The position numbers and the translations under genes were made by a program. The notes below the pieces were generated by a model, which searched no databases, was not told where the DNA came from, and saw only the letters and a program-made list of their open reading frames with translations. Shown here piece by piece: positions 17,320 through 24,751 of a stretch of 64,000 nt of DNA. Origin of the DNA: a virus; the IMG/VR virus record IMGVR_UViG_3300045988_147517, positions 55,186 to 119,185 of that record. One strand, written 5' to 3'. Every line of letters starts with the position of its first letter. Positions within the stretch are counted from its first letter, which is position 1.

Positions 17320-17670
17320 TCACAAAAACTTTTTTTCTATATTAAAATTAGAATTATTCATACGGAATGAACTTGTTCTACCCATATATTTAACACATTC
17401 ATGAAATTCTTTGCCAAATTGTTCTTCACACCATTCGTTAAGGCAATAAAAGTTATCTTCACAAAATACATCGAAATTATCTTTTAGAATATCATCTGTT
17501 AATATTTCTTTAATATTTTCAGGTATGTTTAAATCACTTTTATTACAAAAGGCACAATCATATAATTTTAAATTTGTATATTTATGAAATGCTTCGTTGC
17601 TTAAATATTTTTCCAATGAATCTAATATTTCATTTGCTTTTTGAATTTTTTCACTAATTTTCATCTTCAT
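17320..17670 (-). CDS. hypothetical protein; probably the proximal part of a frameshifted gene
   Basis: 116-aa ORF ending 3 codons after an A7 tract (GAA AAA AAG TTT TTG TGA). Confidence 0.6.
   Translation of the reverse strand: MKMKISEKIQKANEILDSLEKYLSNEAFHKYTNLKLYDCAFCNKSDLNIPENIKEILTDDILKDNFDVFCEDNFYCLNEWCEEQFGKEFHECVKYMGRTSSFRMNNSNFNIEKKFL
17330..17336 (-). other. A7 homopolymer / A_AAA_AAG slippery heptamer at the junction of two ORFs
   Basis: T7 on the plus strand at 17330-17336. Loss of one A (or a +1/-2 shift) fuses 17320..17670 to 16743..17237. Confidence 0.6.
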
Positions 17671-17699
17671 AACCTCGTTTCATTTGTTATTATGTGTAT

Positions 17700-17728
17700 A
17701 TTATACACCATGTACTTTTGCTTGTCAA
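17700..17728 (-). promoter_or_regulatory. sigma-A type promoter (cassette)
   Basis: -35 TTGACA is rc of 17723-17728; 17-nt spacer; TGTATAAT is rc of 17700-17707. Confidence 0.75.
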
Positions 17729-17750
17729 GTATTTTTTTTTATTTTTTTTT

Positions 17751-17960
17751 TTAATCAATAATTGCGCCCCAGTTAATATGATGAGGGTTCACATAATATT
17801 CTTTATGATAAAATAATACATGGCTTTCTGCATGAGTTCCGCCATAAGTGATAATCTTTTGATTATTTAATGTGAATTTTGCCCCCAAACAAAAACTTAA
17901 GGTCAAACTCAATCCAAACAATAAACCGAACGCTACCTTTTTAATTTTCTTTGTTTTCAT
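17751..17960 (-). CDS. small secreted or membrane protein
   Basis: MKTKKIKKVAFGLLFGLSLTLSFCLG signal-like N-terminus. Start placed at ATG 17960; the track start 17978 lies in the conserved leader. Confidence 0.6.
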   Translation of the reverse strand: MKTKKIKKVAFGLLFGLSLTLSFCLGAKFTLNNQKIITYGGTHAESHVLFYHKEYYVNPHHINWGAIID

Positions 17961-17994
17961 TTTATTACCCCGTTTCATTTCTTACTATGGTTAT

Positions 17995-18023
17995 ATTATA
18001 CACGTTTTGAAATATTATGTCAA
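17995..18023 (-). promoter_or_regulatory. sigma-A type promoter (cassette)
   Basis: -35 TTGACA is rc of 18018-18023; 17-nt spacer; TGTATAAT is rc of 17995-18002. Confidence 0.75.
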
Positions 18024-18043
18024 GACTTTTTTTAAAAAAAATA

Positions 18044-18071
18044 AATAAAAAAAACAGGGGATAAACCCCTG
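18044..18071 (-). terminator. rho-independent terminator
   Basis: Stem CAGGGG/CCCCTG (18055-18060 / 18066-18071) plus T-run on the minus strand. Confidence 0.7.
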
Positions 18072-18079
18072 TTAAGTTT

Positions 18080-18862
18080 CTAAAAGAAATTTTCTTTGAA
18101 GTATTTAAAAGCATTAAATATTGCTTCACTGTCCGCCCCAACAAAATCGGGTGACATTTCAGCAGAATCTTCGTCGATATCAACGGCTTTATTAATATCA
18201 GTAGTATTACCATTAGTAGAATCTACTAATTTATTAATTTTAATCATATATGGCTCATCATTTTCTAAGTCTGAACATGAATTATATAGCTCATCTAAAG
18301 AATCAAAAGTTCCAATCTCTGTATCAAAAGACAAGTGACTTTCAAACCACTCATTATAGGAATTCCACAAGAAATCATTCACATATGTTTCTAATTCGTC
18401 AAACCTATTTATATTATTAGTGTAAATCCACAAACTATCAATTCTATCTTTGATAACATTAATATAATTAACTGGAATATATTCCTCTTCTCTATTAATC
18501 ATTTCCTCGATTGCATTTAATACGATATTTTTCAAAATAGTGTCAACATTACTATGTAACATTTCTAAATTATAAATGCACCATGCATGTTGTATCAATT
18601 TAGAAATACTACCGTCAGAACTATCGAAATTTTCTAAAGCTTCTTCCATATAATCTGTATTATCCAAACATTCAACATTTTTATATATGTCTGAATAATA
18701 AATGCCAACTTGACCGTCTGCCCATTCCATTATAGCGTCACCTACATAACTACTATCCCAAATGCTATAGTTGTTTGCAAAATCTTCACATAACTCTAAA
18801 TCGTCTTGTGTTTTTAATAAATTTTCTACTTTATACAATTCTCTTTCTAATTCTAATAACAT
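18080..18862 (-). CDS. highly acidic 260-aa protein (possible DNA mimic)
   Basis: Very D/E-rich throughout with few K/R; two tandem strong promoters upstream and its own terminator. Confidence 0.65.
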   Translation of the reverse strand: MLLELERELYKVENLLKTQDDLELCEDFANNYSIWDSSYVGDAIMEWADGQVGIYYSDIYKNVECLDNTDYMEEALENFDSSDGSISKLIQHAWCIYNLEMLHSNVDTILKNIVLNAIEEMINREEEYIPVNYINVIKDRIDSLWIYTNNINRFDELETYVNDFLWNSYNEWFESHLSFDTEIGTFDSLDELYNSCSDLENDEPYMIKINKLVDSTNGNTTDINKAVDIDEDSAEMSPDFVGADSEAIFNAFKYFKENFF

Positions 18863-18896
18863 TTTTTCTTACCTCGTTTCTTTATTTTATGTTTAC

Positions 18897-18925
18897 ATTA
18901 TACACTATATAATCTGTCTTGTCAA
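18897..18925 (-). promoter_or_regulatory. sigma-A type promoter (proximal of a tandem pair)
   Basis: -35 TTGACA is rc of 18920-18925; 17-nt spacer; TGTATAAT is rc of 18897-18904. Confidence 0.75.
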
Positions 18926-18985
18926 GTACTTTTTTATTTTTTTTCGTTTTTTTTATTTTGACCCCCGTTTCTTTAACTTGATTAC

Positions 18986-19014
18986 ATTATACACTAATAG
19001 CGCCAATATGTCAA
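18986..19014 (-). promoter_or_regulatory. sigma-A type promoter (distal of a tandem pair)
   Basis: -35 TTGACA is rc of 19009-19014; 17-nt spacer; TGTATAAT is rc of 18986-18993. Confidence 0.7.
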
Positions 19015-19033
19015 TGGTTTTTTAAAAATATAA

Positions 19034-19066
19034 ATAAAAAAAATAGAGTAGCGTAAACCACTCTAT
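19034..19066 (-). terminator. rho-independent terminator
   Basis: Stem ATAGAGT/ACTCTAT (19043-19049 / 19060-19066) plus T-run on the minus strand. Confidence 0.6.
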
Positions 19067-19269
19067 TCTTCGTTCATATCGTTGAAAAAATCTGCTATTA
19101 CTTTAGCCGCCCATCTAGGCCGCCGCCTCAATACCCTGAAACAAGATTTATAATCATCTTCCTTGACTAGGTCAATCATGCGGCAGGACGAGCAATCGTT
19201 CAGGCTACAAAATAACGAGAAGTCTTGTAACGTGATGTTACCTCGGCTGTACTTTTTCTTTAGTTTCAT
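19063..19269 (-). CDS. small Cys- and Arg-rich hypothetical protein
   Basis: 68-aa ORF. Confidence 0.5.
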   Translation of the reverse strand: MKLKKKYSRGNITLQDFSLFCSLNDCSSCRMIDLVKEDDYKSCFRVLRRRPRWAAKVIADFFNDMNEE

Positions 19270-19603
19270 TTTCGTTCAACTCCGGCTCAGTTTCATTTAA
19301 CTCCGCATCTTCCAAAGATTTAATCATACTTAAATCAAACTTTAATAAGTGCCAAAAATCATATAATTCCCCATTTAATTTAATAATCCCGGTAGGTCTT
19401 CCTTTAGAATTCTTTTTTATTTCTGTTACTTTTGCTTTCAATCCCCCAAAGTCAAACATCTGCCTTGTAAATACTTCTTTCTTACATGGAATCTCCCCAT
19501 ATTCGTCAAACCCGTACTTTTCGGCAAGTTCCTGAACTGTCCTCACCCGTACATCGTCATTCAATTCTACACTTAAAACATTACCCTCTTTATCAACTAC
19601 CAT
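19238..19603 (-). CDS. hypothetical protein
   Basis: 121-aa ORF, GGAGG RBS. Confidence 0.6.
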   Translation of the reverse strand: MVVDKEGNVLSVELNDDVRVRTVQELAEKYGFDEYGEIPCKKEVFTRQMFDFGGLKAKVTEIKKNSKGRPTGIIKLNGELYDFWHLLKFDLSMIKSLEDAELNETEPELNENETKEKVQPR

Positions 19604-19635
19604 TTAAATTTTCCTCCATTCATTTTTAATTTTGA

Positions 19636-19780
19636 GTGGGTACTTTCCAACTCATTCTTAAATAATAAGGTGGGGTTTCCACCTTTTAAAAGCTACTTTA
19701 AAATTCATTCTTAAAATTAAAAAATTATTTTCAAATTCATTTTACTTTTTATAAAACTATTTTTAAATTCATTCTTTTTA
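19636..19780. repeat. shared upstream element with three AAATTCATT boxes
   Basis: GGGTACTTTCCAAC, TTTTAAAAGCTACTTTAAAATTCATTC, CAAATTCATTT and TAAATTCATTC; paralogous to 10955-11029. Confidence 0.6.
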
Positions 19781-20062
19781 AAGTTTGAAAATTTTGATAC
19801 TTTTTAAATCAACATTTAAAAACAAACCAATAACTTTATATATTAACGAAAGCACAATTTTACCTAAACATACAATAATAAAATTCAATGTACAATTGCC
19901 TATAATATTTAAATAAATATTGAAATCTTGTTCTGGCGCAACTCCTAATAATATTATTATCAAAATCGTCACCATAGCATATAAAAATGCCGCAATCCAT
20001 AAAATTGATTGGCCAATATAAAATATTATATACAATTTGTCAATTAGTGACATATTTTTCAT
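19778..20062 (-). CDS. integral membrane protein (about 3 TM)
   Basis: 94-aa hydrophobic ORF. Confidence 0.6.
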   Translation of the reverse strand: MKNMSLIDKLYIIFYIGQSILWIAAFLYAMVTILIIILLGVAPEQDFNIYLNIIGNCTLNFIIVCLGKIVLSLIYKVIGLFLNVDLKSIKIFKL

Positions 20063-20088
20063 CTTTATTTCCCTTCCAAATTTCCTCC

Positions 20089-20394
20089 TTATTTTTTCTT
20101 CATTGATTTTAAAAATTTATTGAAACTCTCTTCGTTCCAACCTTGCGCTACATTAAATATTGCATTCTCTGGGGCGGCTTCTGCTTTTGTAAAGTATTCA
20201 TCGATTATCATATTTGTATCATCTTTGACAGTTTTAATACAGACATATCGATTTCCAAAATCGCCCTTGTTATTTCTCTTGTCCAGTAAAAAAGATGTTT
20301 CAACTACCATTTTTCTATTGGCGCTTATATATTCTTCCCGATATGGGAAAACCATATTTGTTCTTTTTGTTTTTGGTTTTATTTTTTCATTCAT
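20089..20394 (-). CDS. hypothetical protein
   Basis: 101-aa ORF, GGAGG RBS. Confidence 0.6.
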   Translation of the reverse strand: MNEKIKPKTKRTNMVFPYREEYISANRKMVVETSFLLDKRNNKGDFGNRYVCIKTVKDDTNMIIDEYFTKAEAAPENAIFNVAQGWNEESFNKFLKSMKKK

Positions 20395-20493
20395 TTAAAC
20401 CTCCTTTTAATTATTATAAAGTAAATTAAAAAATAAGTCAAGAAAAAATTTTATAAATTGAAAATCAAAAAAATTTTCCAAAAATTTCATATA

Positions 20494-20567
20494 CCCCCGG
20501 GAAATTTTGATTCGCATTTTACCCCCTGCGCCCATACCCCCGGGAAAATTGCATATGCATTTTACCC
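20494..20567. repeat. two further copies of the CCCGGGAAA...CATTTTACCC repeat
   Basis: Copies at 20494-20526 and 20537-20567; the first is almost identical to 11754-11782. Confidence 0.8.
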
Positions 20568-20590
20568 TTTTTGGATTTTTGCATTCAGAT

Positions 20591-20620
20591 TTCAAAGTTT
20601 TTTGTTTTAAACTTTGTTAA
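20591..20620. repeat. inverted-repeat element CAAAGTTT-N9-AAACTTTG (copy 2 of 3)
   Basis: Perfect 8-nt arms; same position relative to the CCCGGG repeats as copy 1. Confidence 0.7.
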
Positions 20621-20923
20621 CTTAATCTAACATTGTTCACCTTACTTTATCGCTTAAACTTATTATATGTTAGATTTGACTAACAATTGTAAGTTTTCAT
20701 GAAAAATTTACAATAACTCAGGCTTATTATTTAATTGCCAAAGACCAACTTTTAAAAGTTTAAGATATTTCAGGGTTGTTATGACCTATTATTATTTTAG
20801 CATGGATTTTTCGTGTTAGTCAAGTAAAACAAAGGGTAAAATTTTGTCATTAAGAATTATTTAAGTGTTAGCGTTTACATTGGAATGCCGATTTAAGTGG
20901 TTTTATTTTTATCGCCCATGGTA

Positions 20924-20980
20924 TATATCCTTTTACAAATAAATCCGCTCTATGGTCAAAATCAAACGATTACATATATA
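20924..20980. repeat. conserved noncoding element X, copy 2 of 3
   Basis: TATATCCTTTTACAAATAAATCCGCTCTATGGTCAAAATCAAACGATTACATATATA. Confidence 0.75.
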
Positions 20981-21118
20981 TTATTATACCTTATTCCCGT
21001 TGGTTTGTGGTTCCATGGAAACCTAAAATCGTTTATAATCTCCATGGAGATTCAGAAATTTTTATATCTTTGAGTTAGAACATACTTAATTGCGTTTTTA
21101 AGAGACTTTTTTAAAAAT

Positions 21119-21167
21119 AGGTATAAGTATAAGGGTAGAAAATAAAACGCCAATTCAATCGTTTACA
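21119..21167. repeat. conserved noncoding element Y, copy 2 of 3
   Basis: AGGTATAAGTATAAGG...CAATTCAATCGTTTACA. Confidence 0.6.
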
Positions 21168-21184
21168 ATGGATTTAAAAGACAA

Positions 21185-21206
21185 ATAAAAAAGGGCTTTC
21201 GCCCTT
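21185..21206 (-). terminator. rho-independent terminator
   Basis: Stem AAGGGC/GCCCTT (21191-21196 / 21201-21206) plus T-run on the minus strand. Confidence 0.65.
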
Positions 21207-21251
21207 AATATATAATCTTATCATATTTTGCAATCTTGTTCCCTGGGACGC

Positions 21252-21746
21252 TTAAGAAATTTTTTTAAGCTCTGTTTTTTCTTTTACCGTTTCAGCGCCA
21301 TAATAAGATTTTATTTCTTCGTATGATAAATATTTTCTTGTTTTCTTCGTGTAGCTGTTTCCATTGTAATACCATTTCTTTTTGCCTTTTGCCCAGTTAA
21401 AGCCCAGAGACTTTAAAATTTCTTTGATTGAATAAGTTTCACCTCCATAAACCCATATCCACGAGCCGACAATATCAATATTAACATTATATCTTATAAT
21501 ACTGTCAATAATATTTTTGAATTTGTTGGAACTTTCCCCCGTTTCTTTTGTATACGTTTCGCCGTTCTTTGTTTTAAATATAGCGCCAAAGACCTTAAAT
21601 AGTAATTCGTACTCGTTTCCCATGGCTTTAAACTGTTCAGGGTCTCCGCCCCTGTCTGGATGCAGTTCAAACGCCAATCGCCTGTACTGTTTCTTCAAAT
21701 CCTCGCCTGACTCAATTTTATCAATATTAAAAAATTTATATTGCAT
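21252..21746 (-). CDS. J-domain (DnaJ N-terminal domain) protein
   Basis: YRRLAFELHPDRGGDPEQF with the HPD tripeptide. Start moved to ATG 21746 behind AAGGAGG (rc of 21751-21757). Confidence 0.75.
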   Translation of the reverse strand: MQYKFFNIDKIESGEDLKKQYRRLAFELHPDRGGDPEQFKAMGNEYELLFKVFGAIFKTKNGETYTKETGESSNKFKNIIDSIIRYNVNIDIVGSWIWVYGGETYSIKEILKSLGFNWAKGKKKWYYNGNSYTKKTRKYLSYEEIKSYYGAETVKEKTELKKIS

Positions 21747-21816
21747 ATGTCCTCCTTTTTGATAAATATTATTCACGGTAGCGGCCTATTTAAAAGCCGC
21801 TACAATTAATAATATT

Positions 21817-22071
21817 TTACCATGTTACAACTACTAAATTATTGTTGTATTCGAAATAGTTATAATCTATCAATAATTCTTCTCCCAGGGATTCCCAGTC
21901 AACATAAGGCCTTACACATTCTGGAACATCTTTTTCAATTTTTTCCATGGCATAATCTTCAACACTGTCGTAAATTTCTACAGAATTGCAATTTATTAAT
22001 TCTACAGCTTCCTCTTCATCGATAACCAATTCTTCCATTAATTCCTTGATTAAGCTTTCATCGTATAACAT
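21817..22071 (-). CDS. small acidic protein, possibly ArdA-C-terminal-like
   Basis: 84 aa, very acidic. The VRPYVDWESLGEELLIDYNYFEY tail is reminiscent of ArdA-type antirestriction proteins; this is weak and from memory. Confidence 0.5.
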   Translation of the reverse strand: MLYDESLIKELMEELVIDEEEAVELINCNSVEIYDSVEDYAMEKIEKDVPECVRPYVDWESLGEELLIDYNYFEYNNNLVVVTW

Positions 22072-22200
22072 TTTTTTATTCTCCTTTATAATTTATTTAA
22101 TTTATTTGTAATAATAATTATTTTTTTTAATCTTAAAAAATTAACCAACTTAGCGCAATAAACGCGCCAACAACCAAACCACCTTTAATAATATCTATCA

Positions 22201-22467
22201 TCATCTTTCTACCCCATACCATTTTATGATTTCGTTTTTCGTCCCAGACTTGAAGCCGTTCTGTTGCAAAAACTCCTTAATATGCCTTAACGTTGTGGCG
22301 CTGTACGTTCCGTAAATAATCGGTTTCCCGTCTTTAATCTCCGCCACAATCGTATTATAAGACTGCAATCTTACATTTCCATGCCACTCTTGTACTTTTG
22401 CTTTCTGATAAAAGCTTTTCGCCCTATCGTAAATTGGTTCTAATTCATAACTTTTCAGTCCTAGCAT
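22201..22467 (-). CDS. hypothetical protein
   Basis: 88-aa ORF. Confidence 0.6.
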   Translation of the reverse strand: MLGLKSYELEPIYDRAKSFYQKAKVQEWHGNVRLQSYNTIVAEIKDGKPIIYGTYSATTLRHIKEFLQQNGFKSGTKNEIIKWYGVER

Positions 22468-22468
22468 T

Positions 22469-23014
22469 TTAGTATATATCCTCCATTTTTACATAAATAT
22501 CAATTTCGCCATACTCAAAACAAACAGAATACCAAATATAGTTAAAGTATTGTCCGGATAAACCGTTATTTTTACAATCCGGATAATCAAATTTTTCCAA
22601 AAATTCCTCAAACTCGTCAAGGCTCATTCTTGCGCCATTATATTCATCTAGAACCTCTTCTTCTGTTAATGTTTCAAAATTGTAAAAACCCTCGTCACAT
22701 TCCATACATTGCCAATTATAACCATCTATTTCACTTTTAACAAGTTCCTGCCCACAATTTTTACAAAATCTCTTTTCTTGTTCGCTCATTTTCAATTCAC
22801 CTCTTTTAATAAGTATTTCCTCTAAAGCTTTCTTGTAACCTTTGTAACTATCGGTTTCAGTTCCATTCGTTAGCTCGAGCATTCTTTTTAATTCTGCCTC
22901 ACAGAATCTAACGCCAAAGTTTTCACAATCACTGATACAATGGTCATGACCGTGTTTTTCCCAATATCTCTGTTTTTCCTCTTTACTCATTTTTGCTGAC
23001 CATCTTTTATTCAT
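22469..23014 (-). CDS. hypothetical zinc-ribbon protein
   Basis: 181-aa ORF; CKNCGQ...CMECD. Confidence 0.6.
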   Translation of the reverse strand: MNKRWSAKMSKEEKQRYWEKHGHDHCISDCENFGVRFCEAELKRMLELTNGTETDSYKGYKKALEEILIKRGELKMSEQEKRFCKNCGQELVKSEIDGYNWQCMECDEGFYNFETLTEEEVLDEYNGARMSLDEFEEFLEKFDYPDCKNNGLSGQYFNYIWYSVCFEYGEIDIYVKMEDIY

Positions 23015-23057
23015 TTTGTGTTCCTCACTTTCTTAACCATATTCAATTCATGCCTTA

Positions 23058-23086
23058 ATTATACACGCCTTTTTTATAGCTGTCAA
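23058..23086 (-). promoter_or_regulatory. sigma-A type promoter
   Basis: -35 TTGACA is rc of 23081-23086; 17-nt spacer; TGTATAAT is rc of 23058-23065. Confidence 0.75.
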
Positions 23087-23094
23087 CCTTTTTA

Positions 23095-23637
23095 TTAAAA
23101 ATTTAAGGATTCAAACAAGCCTAACTTTGTTTTCCGTGCAATTAATAATTTCCCTCTTCTTTCCACAAGCGGGAAAACCATTTTTAAAAATGCAATATAG
23201 TCTTGCGTTTTTGCGTTTCGCTGGTATCCCTTACAAGTTAACTTCCCTTTTCCGCTTCTGTCTCCCTCATAAACGTTCAGGAAGAGCGTCCCATGGACGT
23301 TCAAGTTGTTATATATATCCTCTAATATATCTATAATAACATCGTTTTCCGCTATTACATTTAGCACATTAGCGCACAAACAAACATTCACGCCGCCCAT
23401 TTGCTCAACATTCCTGAACGTTTTTAAATTACTTTCTCTGCTTCTGTTGTATTTATCATATGGCAGGACGGTAATATTTTTGCTTTTATAATATTCTATT
23501 CCAGTGTTATATTTTCCAGCGCCATAGTCTAGAATCGTGCTGTTTTCCGTTATGTATTTTTCCACTATCTTATAAAGTGCTGGAACCTTGTTTTTATTTA
23601 TAGACGTTTCCGCACTACTATATTTTTGCTTATCCAT
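23095..23637 (-). CDS. class I SAM-dependent methyltransferase
   Basis: Motif I ILDYGAGKYN; 180 aa; substrate unknown. Confidence 0.65.
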   Translation of the reverse strand: MDKQKYSSAETSINKNKVPALYKIVEKYITENSTILDYGAGKYNTGIEYYKSKNITVLPYDKYNRSRESNLKTFRNVEQMGGVNVCLCANVLNVIAENDVIIDILEDIYNNLNVHGTLFLNVYEGDRSGKGKLTCKGYQRNAKTQDYIAFLKMVFPLVERRGKLLIARKTKLGLFESLNF

Positions 23638-23647
23638 TTTCTACCTC

Positions 23648-23767
23648 CTATAATAAGTTAATTAATGCCGCTAACGGGCTTAACTCCGGCATTAAAACCG
23701 CCAAACCCAAAGACAGAACCAAAGTACCAATACTAAGATAAAATTCTTTAATTTTGTTATATTTCAT
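23648..23767 (-). CDS. possible 39-aa membrane peptide
   Basis: ATG 23767 after GGGAGGA; hydrophobic LSIGTLVLSLGLAVLM. Confidence 0.3.
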   Translation of the reverse strand: MKYNKIKEFYLSIGTLVLSLGLAVLMPELSPLAALINLL

Positions 23768-23771
23768 TTTT

Positions 23772-24008
23772 TTAATCCTCCCAGGGATGTTTTTGCCCAA
23801 TTTCGAAACGTGCGCCAAAGTTAAAATATGTTTTATTTTTACTACACTCATAATTGTAAAAAGCATTCTCAGGGGCTTTGCGCTCTATCAGCTTTCTACA
23901 TTCTCTTTCTGTATAAAGTTCACCGCCTACCAAAAACGTATAATATTTTCCCTTTTTGTTAAGAACCATTATACCGTCATATGCTTCTTTTACTTTTTTA
24001 TACTTCAC
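23772..24008 (-). CDS. hypothetical protein
   Basis: 78-aa ORF behind promoter 24047-24075. Confidence 0.6.
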   Translation of the reverse strand: MKYKKVKEAYDGIMVLNKKGKYYTFLVGGELYTERECRKLIERKAPENAFYNYECSKNKTYFNFGARFEIGQKHPWED

Positions 24009-24046
24009 TTTGTTACCTCGCTTTCAATATTTTCAATTGTGCTTAA

Positions 24047-24075
24047 ATTATGCACGTTTCTAATTGCGCTGTCAA
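24047..24075 (-). promoter_or_regulatory. sigma-A type promoter
   Basis: -35 TTGACA is rc of 24070-24075; 17-nt spacer; TGCATAAT is rc of 24047-24054. Confidence 0.65.
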
Positions 24076-24145
24076 GTAAAATTTTTGCTGTTTAAGAAAT
24101 GTTTTTTTTAGCTCCTTGTATACAAGCGATTATTTTTAAATTGCC

Positions 24146-24203
24146 CTTATATTTATACCTTTAGAAAAAAAGTCCGCTCTAAACGTCAATAAATCGTTTA
24201 CAT
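24146..24203. repeat. conserved noncoding element Y, copy 3 of 3
   Basis: CTTATATTTATACCTTTAGAAA...CAATAAATCGTTTACA. Confidence 0.6.
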
Positions 24204-24354
24204 GAGCCATATGAAAACGCAAATTTTGCGCCCTGACCACTAAAGTTTATTCAGGCTCTCATTATTTAATTTTATAATACGCCTACCGCTTTATGCGCTA
24301 CCACTCTAATTGTTTCGCCATATTCACTTTATTCATTCGTTTTAACAGGTATCC

Positions 24355-24405
24355 TATATCCTTTTCTAAATAAAGTCGCTATATGGTCAAATTTAAACGA
24401 TTACA
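24355..24405. repeat. conserved noncoding element X, copy 3 of 3
   Basis: TATATCCTTTTCTAAATAAAGTCGCTATATGGTCAAATTTAAACGATTACA. Confidence 0.75.
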
Positions 24406-24553
24406 CGCCTATTTATAAAGCGCCATGGCTACAATCTATTCTTATTGAGTTTACTTCAGCGCCATAACCATAATCAGTAAGTGTTCAATTATATTTACTT
24501 GATTCGTTTGCCCTGATTTATTGTACATCATCTAACATTGTTCATAATACCCG

Positions 24554-24751
24554 CCTTTGTTATATCGCTCTAACAATATTCAGTTTGCCTATCTTTGTAA
24601 GTTTGCGCTACCTCTGTTATAGTATCCTTACTTTGTTTATCCCCATGTTCTAAGTTAGTCCCATCTTAATAATTTAGCCCTATATAATTTTATTCAGCTA
24701 TTCTATTTTTGTTTGCGCTTCGCTTACTTTGTTCGTCTCGTCTAACTTTGT
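24554..24751. repeat. array of degenerate ~20-30-nt units each containing CTTTGTT or a close variant
   Basis: CTTTGTT at 24554, 24630, 24726 and 24745; variants CTTTGTA at 24592, CTCTGTT at 24611 and TTTTGTT near 24706; no ORF. Confidence 0.55.

Noticed and set aside
17965-18213. 82-aa minus-strand ORF
   Set aside because: It overlaps a promoter, a terminator and the 3' end of 18080..18862 in another frame.
21778-21803. Hairpin GTAGCGGC/GCCGCTAC considered as a terminator for 21817..22071
   Set aside because: It is a good stem but has no T-run on the minus strand, so its role is unclear.
23127-23491. Plus-strand ORFs 23127..23336 and 23306..23491
   Set aside because: They are antisense to the methyltransferase gene, which has a clear SAM-binding motif.
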